64,000 nt of DNA. Source: Eledone cirrhosa. Lineage: Eukaryota. Both the position numbers and the translations under genes were made by a program. This document shows positions 41,700 to 56,380 of this stretch, piece by piece. The stretch is from contig OZ024743.1 of assembly GCA_964016885.1 (NCBI GenBank), positions 106,268,001-106,332,000 of the forward strand, in the 5' to 3' direction. The notes under the pieces were generated by a model, which made no database searches, was not told where the DNA came from, and saw nothing but the letters and a program-made list of their open reading frames with translations. Position 1 is the first letter of the stretch. Each line of letters begins with the position of its first letter.

Positions 41700-43853
41700 A
41701 TGACAAACATAGGACTAGCTTCATACAACTAGACATCAAAAATTACTACTCCTCTATCTCGCCCATAGTCCTGAACAAGGCACTCATATTCGCGATGAAT
41801 AGGACAGACCTAACACGCGACGAGGTCCGAATCATACACGCAGCCAGAAAGGCCCTGATCCGATTCAGTGGGGACATATGGACCCGTAGCGACTGGCCAA
41901 ATAATTTTGACATTACAATGGGCTCCAGTGACTCAGCGCAGCTAACGGACTTGGTTGGGATATACATACTCTACGAGATAAGCAGAGAAATACCCAACCT
42001 GAGCGGCGGGCTGTACCGAGACGATACACTCTTCACCGTAGTGGACCACAGCACCACACTGGTCGAAAATATGAAGGGGAGAATTAGGCACTTCTTTAGC
42101 AAGGTAGGACTTAATGTAGAGATGGAACCCAATAGAAAAGTAGTGAATTTCCTGGACACCACCCTCAACCCCAACACCAAGCTACACCACCCATATCATA
42201 AACCCAATGACAAGCTGGTGTATATCAACGCTGGGTCCAATCACCCTAGATCTATACTTAAGGCCGTAGTTAAGAGTGTCTCTGACAGAATCTCTAACTT
42301 GTCGGCCAATAAAGAGATATTCAATAGTAACGCTGATTACTATAACTCAGCGCTAGCCAAGGCGTTCCACAGCCATAGGATCAGCTACAACCCTAAGGGA
42401 CATGATCGAGATGACCCAAGGGTACCCCGGACCAATACCCAATGAGTCGCCCACCTAATACCTCAGTGACCAGTAGTAACACTCCCAGATCCCTATCCGT
42501 CACTACCCCCGGTAGAAGGTCCCAGATTACCCCAACGGTCTAATACCTACAACGCTGAAGACCACTGTGCTCCGGAGCATAGGCACCCCTTCACCGGCCC
42601 CACCACCCGCCTAACCCTAATTGAGCAGGGAGGCCGCACCCCGCAGGTTTATAGCACCACGGTGGGCCCATATGACCCTCATCATAGTGACGGCTCCTCA
42701 CACCTGAGTGACACCAACCGAGTTCGACCTGAGCTGTGCACAACCACGCAATGGACCAGGGCGGACACCCAACAATCCCGCAAGAATAAGACCAGGAAGG
42801 TCCCATGGTATAACCCTCCGTACTCGGTGGGTCTACGTACCAGCCTGGCTAGAAAATTCTTTAGAATACTGGATAAATATAGCCCTAGGGCCCACAAGTA
42901 CCATAAAATATTCAACAGGCACACGGTGAAACTTTCCTAATCAACCACACGCTCCGTAGCCCAGGACATAGCTGGCTTAAATAGGAATAGGCTCACTACC
43001 TCTCATACCACCGCAAACACCGGAGCCACCCAACAGAACCAGCACGCGGGGTGCACCCTAACGCGGACAGGCCCAACTAGCACACCGGAACCCAACGACT
43101 CTGTGCTGATTGCGGAGGTTACCCAGCCAAACCTGGGTGATGGTAACCACGCACTACATGTGGTGGGGCTTAAGAAGTCATGTAATTGCAGAGACCCATC
43201 ACTATGCCCACTTAGTAATGAATGCATGACGAAAAACGTAGTCTACAGGTGCAAGGTCACAACCCCTAACTCGGAGCACCACTACATAGGATCCACCGCG
43301 ACGAGCTTCAAAGATCGGTGGTATAACCATCGCCATTCCTTTAACAGAATAGAGAAGAGGAAATGTGCGGCCCTTTCTGAATTGATCTGCAAGCTCAAAC
43401 TTGAAAAGACCCCGCACTCTCTGGTCTGGTCCGTGGTTCCCCCAGAGAGAGGCGGGTCTGGTATTTGCAACCTCTGTTTTAGTGTGACACTCGAAATACT
43501 TCATGGCGGAACCAATTTATTAAACAGAAGGGCCGACTTATTCGGTGCCTGCAGACACCTAAGGACGGGAACGTTCCTCAAGCTATATGGATAAACCCCG
43601 GTTAAGGCCTCCCACAACGCCCCCACCCTGTATGTCCCCTACACCCCGTACCAATGACCAATGGACAACAACAACCACCCATAGTTTGTGGTCCCTATGG
43701 TGGATGGTCCACCGGATCCTCTACTGGTTAGGAGTCATCAAAAGCACGGGGGCGTTGTGGGAGGCCTTAACCGGGGTTTATCCATATAGCTTGAGGAACG
43801 CTATATATATGTATACTATGCTATATATATCTATGCTATGTGTATATATGTGC

Positions 43854-43900
<47 letters not shown>

Positions 43901-44062
43901 TTTATATATGTGTATGTATGTGTGTATTTTATATATATGTGTGTATGTATATTTTATATGTGTGTATATTTTATGTGTGTGTATATTTTATGTATGTATG
44001 TATATTTTATATATATATATGTATTATATATACATTTTTTTTTTGTGTATATATATGTATTT

Positions 44063-44147
<85 letters not shown>

Positions 44148-44182
44148 GTATATATATGTATTTTATATATATATACTTGTGC

Positions 44183-44222
<40 letters not shown>

Positions 44223-44911
44223 CTGTATGGATTTGTGTGTGTCTGAGGGGGTAGATGTGAGTGTATGTACAAGTCAACCAACATAAGCCTTTTATTTCTA
44301 AATTTTCTAAACTCTCTATGTATTTGACTCTAACCATCATTTTAAGTATTACCAACCCACATTAATTCCTCAATCTGTATGTGTGGATGTGTGTGTGTCT
44401 GTGGAGGTGGGTGTGAGTGTACGTGCAAGCTAACCTACATGAGTAAATTTTCTACTCTAATGTTCTACTCATAATTTTCAGTAGCACCGCTCCACATAAA
44501 TTCCTCTATTTAAGAATGACCTGTAGTATCTATTTTATACTATTAACCTTAATTAAATGTATATCTGAGCAGGAATGCTTTTGTGAAAATCAGTCATATG
44601 GAACTATTGTCATCTTGCCTGACGGTTTGAACTTTACAAGGCCACCTGCCTCTTTGAGGTCAAATACCAACCCTACTAGCATCTAAAAACTGACCAATGA
44701 GAATTAAGACTATTCCTGCTGACAACATTAAATTATTCATAACAAGCTCATATGTCCCAAGGCTCTGATACCATCAACATTATAAACATATCTGCCATAT
44801 CTAGGAATTGACTAACTGCTGATTAGGTAATAGCCATTCAATGGCTATCATCGAAATATATATAACAGTAAATAAAGGATTATGAGTTCATGCAATTGAC
44901 TTATGTTTTCG

Positions 44912-44916
<5 letters not shown>
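41700..44916 (+). mobile_element. 5'-truncated PLE of the YRDD type: RT, long linker, GIY-YIG, 3' UTR
   Basis: QLDIKNYYSSI, FDITMGSSDSAQLTDLVG, GGLYRDD, VNFLD, WYNPPYS, CNCRDPSLCPLSNEC, YIGST, CNLC, ACRH; TA flanks. Confidence 0.92.
44815..44869 (+). ncRNA. Degenerate hammerhead at PLE 3' end
   Basis: ACTG-CTGATTA-GGT-AATAGCCATT-C-AATGGCTAT-CATC-GAAA-TATATA-TA-ACAGT then AATAAA; G8 changed to U. Confidence 0.6.
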
Positions 44917-44952
<36 letters not shown>

Positions 44953-44956
<4 letters not shown>

Positions 44957-45096
44957 CGAAGGAAATGTGGTAAGGAATCAAGTGGACCATAACGCAGCAA
45001 AGTACTCAATATTTAGGGTAGTAGAGTGGGTAATAGGAACGAGTAGGACCCCGACGTATGAGCTCAAGTCGTTTCGACGGCTAATTCTGGACTAAA
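44953..45096 (-). mobile_element. Short 3'-terminal fragment of the 61171-63872 PLE family
   Basis: Matches 61171-61313; embedded in (TA)n. Confidence 0.88.
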
Positions 45097-45100
45097 AGTA

Positions 45101-45136
<36 letters not shown>

Positions 45137-45593
45137 TATGTGTCTGTATTTCGGGATGTATGTGTGTTTTTATGCATATGGTTCTGTGTGAGTGGTGCTA
45201 GATAGCACCTCAAGGCCTAAATATATCGAAATTCATAATAATATTTCTAGGACAGAAGGATACCAAATACCCAGCTAACAATAAAAGGACGCCGTTACAC
45301 TCAACTCTCCCGAAAATAAAGAAGCATAAATGGAAAAAGAAACATACAATTGCAAATCTCTGGCAATAAAATTATAAATCTTGCTTCAACGTGGCAAAGT
45401 TATTTATACATTTTTTTGGTGTGGTCAATATATAAACGACATGCCCCGCTGTGTTTTTTATCATGTATTATCGTTCAATGAAGACAGATGTTCTCTAACA
45501 GGAATTATATATATATATATAAATACTCTCAAGAGCGTGAACCTAATAAACCTTTATTTGTCTGCCTCCCTGTTTCGTTCCCATCCAAATTTG

Positions 45594-45634
<41 letters not shown>

Positions 45635-45690
45635 TATATATATATATATGTGTGTGTGAGAAAAACCACAGACCCTCCATCTTAACTCTA

Positions 45691-45726
45691 CTTTTGAAAA
45701 GCAGAAGAGCTGCGAATCCGGTAAAG
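45691..45726 (+). ncRNA. Minimal hammerhead-like motif with U3-A8 core
   Basis: CTT-TTGAAAA-GCAG-AAGAG-CTGC-GAAT-CCGG-TA-AAG; A15.1 is changed to U here, but the paralog at 35521 has GAAA. Confidence 0.55.
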
Positions 45727-45843
45727 GAACCAAATCAATATATATATATTGCATTTTCGCTTTCATCTTCTTTTCTTTATACTTTCACTCGTGTAGGACA
45801 TCTCGGTTATTTTTCATTTTGTAAAAAAGAACCTCACTTTCCA

Positions 45844-45925
<82 letters not shown>

Positions 45926-46083
45926 GTCGATCGACAAGATCCCACGTTTCATTTAATTAACAAGTGTGGTGGCGTTCATTGAATCGGACCGAGGTAAGCA
46001 AGATTCCATCGGTCGTTTCAATTGCTAATACTGTCTACCTGTCAATATATATATAAATATAGATAGAGACAGAGATAAATAAT

Positions 46084-46266
46084 TGTTCCTACTTTTGGCA
46101 CAAGGCTAGCAAATATCCAGTGTATTACTGGTACTTTATTTTATCGACCCCGTAAGGATGAAAGGCAAAGTTAACCTCGGCGGGATTTCAACTCAGACCG
46201 TAAAGGGACGTAACTCTATGCTTCAAATCATGGTGTCAGACTCTCTACCGATACTGCCAATCCACC
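46084..46266 (-). mobile_element. SINE with 18-bp TSD
   Basis: TSD GAGACAGAGATAAATAAT at 46066-46083 and 46267-46284. Confidence 0.9.
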
Positions 46267-47159
46267 GAGACAGAGATAAATAATGAGAGGCATAAATAGA
46301 TAGGCAGACAGATTAATAGACAGCCTGATTTTGTTCTATTGTCTTTTCCATTCAGAATAAATATCTTCACGCTGTTAATATTCCTGCCGTTGTATATATT
46401 CTGTGGCCTCGATGTGTCCGCTATTTCCATTCTTCTTCAATTCGCTTTAGATATTCCCTTGTTATATTTGTGGCATTTCATCCAGAACGCACAGACACAA
46501 ACACACATATATACATTTATAAGTATATATAGAAGGCTTTGAAGATGTTGAAATAGAAGCTTTCACCATATTTTAACTAAATAAATTTAAGCAGAGAGTA
46601 GGGTTTAAAACCCTCTAAAATGGAAAAACTGAGTATTCAGACCACTCTGCCACTATTACACCGATACATCAACTATTCCTTTCCATTCAAATTAGAAGTA
46701 TATAAATAGTAAATATAATGACAAAGCAAGCGTCTGTTTTGAAGACAGCGATCGAAGTTTGAATTTAGTAGAAATAGGAGCTTTCACCATATTTTGAGTA
46801 AAGAAATTTAGGCAAATAGGGGATATTAAAACCTTCTAAAATGAAAATCAAACCCTATATATATATACATATGTAACTTTATATTACATTTTGGTATATA
46901 GTTATACTCCCGTAACCATGATATTCCATGCTCATTCTGCTTTCAATTTGTCGGAGTGATTTGTTTTTTCACTCCCATTAATTTATGGAAGATTCATTGT
47001 ATCTAAAAATGTCTTAGAAGGTATTAGTTTAATGTGATGTATTAAACTAAATACTGCAAAGATTGTAATTTAAATCCACCATTTCATGATGCGCTATTTT
47101 CTCCATACCAAAATGATATTTCATATTATCTCTATAACATTTTCTAAACCTACTACTGT

Positions 47160-48308
47160 TAAGGATACCTGTGCAGTGTACTCTACATGTAAATGGAGCT
47201 CCACTTAAGCATGTAGAGAATTTCAAGTATTTTCGGGCCGTGTTCACGGGTGATGGAAGACAGGAGGCTGAATATAGTGCACAATTGCAGGAGCTTGTAC
47301 AGTAATACGACGAGTTCAGCATTTGATAACTCTGGTCAACAACCAAAATGCTTCTGAGAGCAAGTAGCAATTTCCAACTAATTTTAGGCCACTAATAATG
47401 AATATTATGGTTAAAACGTTTTATTAGCTCTACGTTTCAAAATAAGCGTACGTTTGTGGTGAGGTAACCTTTGCATCACAGAAGCGCCGTTAAACTACTT
47501 TGGTGAAAAAGGCATATCACCTATATTTTGGATTCAATATTGGCAACCAGGATAAGAAGTGAGCTCCTCACATATCCTGCAACACATATACTATTAATCA
47601 TCATTAATGGTTTAACAGGAAAAGGAAATGAATGCCTTTTGCATTGTTTCTACTTTTGGCACAAGGCCAGCAATTAACCAGTACATTACTGGTACTTTGT
47701 CTTATCGATCCTGTAAGGACGAAAGGCAGAGTTAACCTCGGCGGGATTTGAATTCAGACTGTAAAGGGATATACAATAATGAAATATTAAATGTCGTGTA
47801 TATTTAAGCCAGTAGCTAATAAACATTTATCAAGGTGATATTTGGATTCAGGACATGGAAATATATTTGAAATGAATAATCTCATTTAAGAAGCACACAA
47901 CTTTTCAAAAATAGTTGACCAGTGTAATTAGGTGTAAAACCAAACTCTCTTTCTGTATTCGTGCCAATTCTTACGTATGGTCAGTAATGACGGAAAGAAT
48001 ACGATCGCGAATATAAACAGCTGAAATGGGTTTCCTCAAAAGAGTTTTTGGAGTACTGTTACTCGATAGAATGTGTAACTCGGAGATCAGAAAGTGACAC
48101 CAGGTAGAGCCACTACTTCTCAAAATTAAGAGATCAACTATCCGATAATATAGGCTTTGGTTAGAATGTTTCCGGAAAATCGTTGGTTGGCTTGGGGTTC
48201 CAGCCAGATAAGTTGGAGGCGGGTGCTGCTGACAGGACTCACTGGAATGAGTGTTTGAGGACTCAGTCCCCACGACCTTCTCAGGAATAAGTGAGGGAAG
48301 AAGAAGAA
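47160..48308 (+). mobile_element. RTE LINE 3' fragment split by an insertion (about 47380-47940)
   Basis: LHVNGAPLKHVENFKYF..GDGR, then PILTYG, VMTERIRSRI*TAEMGFLKRV; GAA-repeat tail. Confidence 0.75.
47643..47770 (-). mobile_element. Truncated SINE
   Basis: Reverse complement of B-box, core and tail. Confidence 0.85.
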
Positions 48309-48531
48309 TTATGATGAGGAGGAAGAGGAGGAGGAGGGGGAATAGGAGGAGGAGGGGGAGATGATGTCGGTAACTACATCGATGACGACGGAAAGAACGA
48401 AAAAAAGGATGACGATAGCAACGAAAACGATAGCAACGACAACAATAACAAGGACGATGATAACGAAATACGAAAAAGAAAACCCACCCCCAACGATATC
48501 AACGAAAACAATAAGTGCTGAAGACAATAAC

Positions 48532-48716
48532 TGTTTCTACTTTAGGCACAAGGCCAGCAATTAACCAGTACATTACTGGTACTTTATTTTATCGACCCCG
48601 TAAGGATGAAAGGCAAAGTCAACCTCGGCGGGATTTGAACTCAGATCGTAAAGGGACGTAACTATTCTGGAAAGCATGGCGTCCGACCCTCTACCGATAC
48701 TGCCAATCCACCGCCC
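48532..48716 (-). mobile_element. Full-length SINE with 14-bp TSD
   Basis: TSD CTGAAGACAATAAC at 48518-48531 and 48717-48730. Confidence 0.92.
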
Positions 48717-48833
48717 CTGAAGACAATAACGACGAGAAAAACGATGGTGACGGATACAATGACTATGAACATGACAAGATAAACAACGATGACGACGACG
48801 CCTACAGTGACGACGCCGACAAGGTAGATAATG

Positions 48834-49051
48834 GTTACTTATATAGGCACAAGGCCAGCAATTTTGGGGGAGGGGAACGTCGATTAAATCGACTCCAGTG
48901 CGTGACTGATACTTTATTTTATCTACTCCGTAAGGATGAAAGGCGAAGTTAACCACGGCGGGATTTGAACTTAGATCACAAAAGGGATGTAAGTCGATGC
49001 TCCAACGCATGTTGTCCAATGCTCTACCACTACTGCCAATTGACCGCCCTT
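48834..49051 (-). mobile_element. SINE of the longer subfamily with TSD
   Basis: TSD ACAAGGTAGATAATG on both sides; extra segment GTCGATTTAATCGACGTTCCCCTCCCC. Confidence 0.88.
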
Positions 49052-49931
49052 ACAAGGTAGATAATGACAATAAAATGATAACAACGATGACAATAGTAAC
49101 AACAACCACGATAAAAATTTCAAATACAGCATCAGCGGAATTGATTATGATGTTACAAATATCCTATGGGTAAGAACATAAGAGAACCTGTGTTCTAAAT
49201 TTATGTAAATTGCAACAACTTTCCTATTTTTATTTCACTGAAGTGCTCTCTCTTCCCCTTAACAACAATCCTTTTATTTTCATTTCTTCATTCCTAAATT
49301 TACAATCACTCTGCCATTGTTCCATTTCCAGCTTATGCATTAGCCTTTCATTCCTTCTTCCACCACACCCTCTCTCAATATGCCTGTCTCTTTCGCTCCC
49401 ACTATCCCCCTTATACATATTCACCTACATATTTTCTTCGCTCAGTCACTCACAACTAAATCCTTCTAAATTCCATCTTGTCGTGCTAACATTCGATCCA
49501 TTTTTATTCACCGTTATTTTTCTTTTGTTGTTTTACATCTTCTAGATTCAAATATCTCATATTCTCTATTTTACTTATGACATCCATTTTATCAGAGCTT
49601 GTCATTTTTCCTCCACTTCTATTCACAATAGGAACATATATATTCATGTGTGTGTGTATGTGTGTTTGTGAGTGCGTGTGTGTGTGTGTGTGGGTGTGGG
49701 TGTGTATGTTTGTATGTATGTGTGTGTGTGTGTGTTTCTGTGTTTGTGTGTATAGATTCAAATTTATCATTCCACTTCCCTGACACATTTTACCTTCGAT
49801 TTCAAATATCCTAATCCCAGATATCTGCACATTCACTCACTTTCACAATTGCTCCCTACCCACTCTCTTTCTCTGTATATTTGAAAACACTGTATATTCT
49901 CAAAACAGTTATCCATTTCTCATATATTCGG

Positions 49932-50001
<70 letters not shown>

Positions 50002-50274
50002 GTGTGTGTATATGTGTGTATTTTGTTTCCTTTTGTTCTTTTCACTCCTATATTTTCAATCATTATTGCCCTCTCCAAATCGACTGTTATTCATGAAGTT
50101 TGCCTTTCAAATTCATAGATATTTTGGCAACTTTATTCTTTATAAGGAACCTTACTCCCATACAAGTGTATGAAATGAATTTTTATATCTCAGAAGGAGA
50201 AAAACTGAAAACGGGGGGCAAATTTAGTACAATACTATTAGTTCCTCCAATATACACTCACACACACACACACA

Positions 50275-50328
<54 letters not shown>

Positions 50329-50657
50329 GCATTATATTGGTGAGAGGGTGAAGAATTCGCATTTTCGTGAGAGAACGACAGACCTTATTTCACGTGCGCT
50401 AACTCCCTATCGTAATACATGCATTATCAAGAAATACGCTTTTAACTTATTTGTGTACATTTTCATTGTGTGTTATATATTTTTGTATTTACATGTTCAT
50501 TATTTTTTTTATTCTATGGAAGTTTCGATATTTTATCTGAGGATGGGAGCAGCTGTGTTGAAAGTCTTGCAAAGTAATGTGCAATTTCACAACAATAGTT
50601 ACCAATTCGGATGCAAAGAAAAACGAAAGTCTGTTTAGTATTGGTAAAGCTGCTAAA

Positions 50658-50726
<69 letters not shown>

Positions 50727-50891
50727 TATTAGAATTGGTGCTCTGAAATACCGATACATATATGAATGTGTATATAGTGTATTTTGAAATACACTTTATG
50801 CTTAAGTAAAAACATTTCGAAGACCTTACGCTATTGATTTAGAGTAGTGACAGTCTCACTTACTTCAATTTTCAGCAAACAGGGGAGATAA

Positions 50892-50936
50892 AGTTGACAC
50901 AGCTCTGTTTCGTACTTTTTGGTACTTATCAAAGCT
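50892..50936 (-). ncRNA. Type I hammerhead with U3-A8 core
   Basis: AGCT-TTGATAA-GTAC-CAAAAA-GTAC-GAAA-CA-GAGCTG-TG-TC-AACT, enclosed by a helix of about 20 bp (50867-50887 with 50942-50963). Confidence 0.75.
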
Positions 50937-51185
50937 AACTGCTCCACCTGTTTGCTGAAAATTATCAATTTTGGATTCTTATAGAATTCCAGTAATAATG
51001 AAGAACTGATTATACAAACGTTTGCCGGTCAAGCAAAAATTGAAAATTAAAATTGGTGCTCTGAAATAGCGATATATATATAAATGTATATATAGTGTAT
51101 TTTGCAGTGTAATCAGTTCCTGATTATTACTGGAATTCTATAAGAATCCAACATTCATAATTTTCAGCAAACAGGAGGAGTGCTG

Positions 51186-51227
51186 AGCTTTGATAACTAC
51201 CAAAAAGTACGAAACAGAGCTATGTCA
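51186..51227 (+). ncRNA. Mirror hammerhead copy (U3-A8), damaged
   Basis: AGCT-TTGATAA-CTAC-CAAAAA-GTAC-GAAA-CAGAGCTATGTC followed by a deletion. Confidence 0.6.
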
Positions 51228-51345
51228 TTGTTTGCTGAAAATTGAAGTAAGAGACACAGTCACTACTCTAAAACAATAGCGTAGGGTCTTCGAAATGTTT
51301 TAATTAAGCATACAGTGTATTGCAAAATACACTATATATACATTC

Positions 51346-51380
<35 letters not shown>

Positions 51381-51564
51381 AAGATGTTCTCTTGGTCGGA
51401 AGTTGGCGTCCATGACGTTGTGCAGAATTTATAACTGGTAAATTGAAAACATCTCTTCCCCCTCTCTCTCTCTCTTTCGCTCTCTCTCTCTCTCACACAC
51501 ACACAGGCACACAGACGCACACATACACATGTATATATACATATAAATATATATATACATATAA

Positions 51565-51608
<44 letters not shown>

Positions 51609-51616
51609 GTATATAT

Positions 51617-51755
<139 letters not shown>

Positions 51756-52529
51756 TATATGTGTGTGTGTGTGTGTGTATATATATATACATAGATATAT
51801 ATGTATATACATACATACATATATATATGGCCTGTGTGTCTGTGTTTAATGCCTGCGCATAAGCAAACATGGATATTACAGAAGTAGGGTATTAAAAAAC
51901 GAAAGTAGAAAAATGTGAAAATAGATTAACGGAACAAACAGTACATACTAAATTATAGGGGAAAACATTTAAACATATATAGAGAAGAAGATGGAGAAAC
52001 ACGTACAATTTTTCGCAAATGAGGGATGGTGTGTTTCTAGATTAAAACAGACGTGATAAGGATTTATTAAAGAAGAAAGAATCTTAGAAAGAGAAATTTA
52101 ATAAGCAAAAGAATTGCTTTGGAGAAACTAAAAGTAATCAATTTAGTCTACTCCATAAATAAATTGCAAAGTTAAGACTTGAAATATTTAAGAATATATT
52201 TAAATACAGGGGGAATGGTGAATTAAACTGCAACAGATAGTTAGCAGATGACCAAATCTGAAATGCTTTGTTGATGTCTTTTAAATACTATATTTATTTT
52301 TCTCATTTATATGACGAGGCATTTGATAGAATTAGTAATCTTGCTATTACTCAGATATGTGGCAGAAGCAACATTCAGGTTTGGTTTAAATAGACAGCAC
52401 ACGCTGGCATGGATAGGAACCATGTCTAAGCGGGAATTGATGTGGCTTAGCGCACACAAATTATGTTGATAGTTACCCCTTACGGCGCTTGAAGATGCTA
52501 TCAATGTATGGACGTTACAATATAGATTA

Positions 52530-53404
52530 TCTATATACATATAAAACTGAGGATGTATGTGTGTGTGTGTTTGAAATCCAAAAACTAGAGAAGCACCCAA
52601 CCGACTGTTTTCAAACTTTACACATGTAATACGTATGTATCAGGGAATGTTCTGAGCAAAGAAAATTTTAAATGTTCAACGGCATTGGGCGATTTAACGA
52701 TCTGTCTCTATAATTCTTAGTCTTTCTCTTTTTAGATATATACATACATATAACGTCGCGCCCTTATAATATCTATATGTATGTTTGACTGTCTGCATTA
52801 CGTCACTTCCCCGAGGATGTCTGTCTGTATGTGTGTGTCTGTCAGTTTGAATCCCTAAAACTCGAGAAGTACCCAACCGATTCTTTTCAAACTTTACATG
52901 TGTATTACTTATGTATCAGGGAGAAGTGTTATGGACATAAACAAAATTCAATTTTTTTATCTCCTAGGTCCCGCATTAGGTGAAACACTGCGTTTCTTCA
53001 GGTTATTAGGGGTTATTTGAGGCGTTATGTCAGACCAATTTCCTTGAAATTGTAACTATGTATTAGTCAGTCTCTTCTTCATACCCTAAGCAAAACAAAA
53101 CAACTTTTTTCAGCTCTTTAAAGCTTTTTGCAGGCGTTACGTGTAGCCGAATTTCCCGAAATTTCAAGGCATATTATGCACATTAAAAAAATGCATTTTC
53201 ATGATCACCTAGGGCCCGCATTAGGTGAAGACCTACCTTTTTCCTGCTTCATCGAGGAAAATCTTAAAGATTATCCAGCCATCAGAGTATTCGGTTTATT
53301 TTCTTTACATATTGTCCAGGCATGCAGTTTTTCCACGATTAGGTCTGTTGGTGGCCGGCGTTCCAAAATGACTTATCCCGTGCAACGCCGGGTACCACTG
53401 CTAG
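52530..53404 (+). mobile_element. Non-autonomous Helitron
   Basis: A|TCTATATACATATAAAA 5' end; subterminal hairpin CCCG-TGCAACGC-CGGG (53377-53392); CTAG|T 3' end; no TSD; internal duplications. Confidence 0.8.
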
Positions 53405-53650
53405 TATGCTATATAATTATTGAACATAACGAGAAGGTATCATATTGACGTGCTTTCTACGCTGAAATGTAGTTAGTTCCTCGAATAGTTTGACCTACAC
53501 GAGCAGCAATAAATCCGATAGAGTATATTAATGTTGTAATTAATTTATTTTTCTCCTTCTCTATCCCAACAACTATGTATATTTCTCTTTCTACCTATCA
53601 CTCTCTCCTTTTCTCTCTATCATCTCCCCTCTCTTCCCCCTCTCTCTCTA

Positions 53651-53712
<62 letters not shown>

Positions 53713-53877
53713 TATATATATGTTTGTGTGTTTATGTGTATGTGAACATACATGTGCTTTTCCACGAATAATATGTTCAATTCTTCCGAAGAAAGAATAA
53801 TGTCCAACACACTTTTCCTAATCTATCAAGCATTCATTGTACTCAACTAGTTGGTCCCATATATTCCGATTACATTT

Positions 53878-53950
<73 letters not shown>

Positions 53951-53952
<2 letters not shown>

Positions 53953-54330
53953 GGTGGCTGCCAACTCGTTTTCGAGTGCGGCCATTACTTTATATCCATG
54001 TAGGAGACATCCTACTGATGCGCTGAACGAGTGTGACATTCTAGTCCAGCCAGCGACAATTATTGACACATAGTGCTAGGCCCGTGGTACCTTGTGACGG
54101 CAAGTGCAGAGAGATCTCCAGATATAAAGCAATGCCTGTGCGTGAAGCTTTTATAGTAAGCAAAGGCGTTGCACAAAGCCAGTCCCACTCTCTTAACCAG
54201 GATGATATTTACCAAAAAGAAGAACAAGTCAACATCATTGGATACCATCAGTTGCAGGTGTTATATCAGAGTTTTCCTTCTCCTAGAATTCTGACTTGGC
54301 AAAGGCTAAGGGGTCATCTCTCCCGGTGAT
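53951..54330. mobile_element. Copy 2 of the 16072-16480 repeat, with an internal deletion
   Basis: Sequence similarity seen directly; TA flanks. Confidence 0.85.
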
Positions 54331-54341
54331 GTATGTATATT

Positions 54342-54443
<102 letters not shown>

Positions 54444-54461
54444 AATATACATACATACTTA

Positions 54462-55059
54462 CATGGTGCTACTGGTAACATGTATCCCAGTACAACATGT
54501 CTCATGGTCGGGTCGTTGGCGACTAAACTGGCAACCCCACCAAGGTTTCTTGGTGAGGAGGGTGACTTTGGACATCCTGCAGGACTAAAAACAAAACCTG
54601 TCAAAGGGCAAAGGAGCTCTTAAGAGTCAATGGCCATCCAAAATCACCGGCAGAGATGACCCCTTAGCCTTTGTCAAGGCAGAATTCTAGGAGAAGGAAA
54701 ACTCTGATATAACACCTGCAACCCTGATGGTATCCAATGATGTTGACTTGTTCTTCTTTTTGGTAAATATCATCTTGGTTAAGAGAGTGGGACTGGCTTT
54801 GTGCAGTGCCTTTGCTCACTATAAAAGCTTTATGGCACAGGCATTGCTTTGTATCTGGAGATCTCTCTGCACTTGTCCTCACATGGTACCATGGGCCCAG
54901 CACTATGTGTCAATAATTGTCACAAGTGTAGTGTTTGTACCAGAGGTTTCAAGTCGCTGCCTGGACTAAAAAGTCACACTCGTTCAGCGCTTCGGTAGGG
55001 GTTCTCCTACATGGATATAAAGTAGTGGCCGTACTCGAAAACGAGTTGGCAGCCACCAT
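54462..55059. mobile_element. Copy 3 (inverted and longer) of the 16072-16480 repeat
   Basis: 54646-55059 is the reverse complement of copy 1; extra 185 bp or so resembles an RTE 5' leader. Confidence 0.8.
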
Positions 55060-55082
55060 ATATATACATATATACATACATA

Positions 55083-55211
<129 letters not shown>

Positions 55212-55774
55212 CAATAAACATAGTAAAGCAATATATATAATGAACAATAATAACAAAACAAACGATATAGTACAATGAAAAATACATTTTTGAATGTTAC
55301 ATGTCGTTTCAAAATATTCTGCGAAGCACTTGTAGCGTTACACAAGTTTCATGACGGACATCAGATGAGCATATTTCTACTTGAAGCATAACATATAATA
55401 TCAAAACATAAGCGTGCAAACTTAATATTGCTGAAAAAAAATCGAAAAAATGCATAGCATTGTTTATAACGAGATGTTATTTGGACGCTATAATAGCTAT
55501 GGAAATGAATGCAAATGGATATAAAAAGTAATTTGGCCGTAAGATAAAACGATACAAGTGGAAAGATAACTAACTATAAATGCATTGAACACAAAATAAA
55601 TTGTAACACAGCTTCAATCATTTTCAATAAGGTCATTTATTATGCATGAAATACTATTCCACTACGTAGAGTATTAAAATGCTTTGTGATCTATAGAGAG
55701 AGTTAAAACGGATATAGAAAATATATATATCACTAAGGATGGACGTAAACATTACATGTACATGTATCAATATA

Positions 55775-55817
<43 letters not shown>

Positions 55818-56083
55818 GCCGCAATACCAATATTTGAAAATATTAAGAAATAAGATAAATAATTTTCCTAATACAATTTTGCAACATATAATAAAGAGCC
55901 CCGAATTAATATAATCAAATGGGAAGCATTATATTTATCTTATTATTAAATCTTCAAAAGAACAGCACCGTTATAAGTTTTAGAAAAAATGAAACATGGT
56001 TGATCACTACATATTTAAATTACGATAACATTAAACATATTAGCGCCCATATATATTTAGATGGGGAACGGATCATGTTAGTA

Positions 56084-56169
<86 letters not shown>

Positions 56170-56345
56170 CGTGTGCGTGCGTGTTGTGGTTGGTGTTTGT
56201 GTGCATATACGCAGAATTTCTTGCTCTGTAAACAATGTCATGTAAGTATGAAATGCGCGAAGCACAAAATGATGTCTATTTCTCTGTCTCTCTCTCTCTC
56301 TCTCCCCCTCTCTCTCTTTCTCTCCCCCCCCTCTCTCTCTCTCTC

Positions 56346-56377
<32 letters not shown>

Positions 56378-56380
<3 letters not shown>

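Larger units (their letters stand above)
50730..51350. mobile_element. Non-coding HHR unit of about 320 bp: partial tandem on minus strand plus inverted copy on plus strand
   Basis: 50733-50785 repeats at 51052-51104; 50756-51016 inverted vs 51108-51350; (TA)n flanks. Confidence 0.85.
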
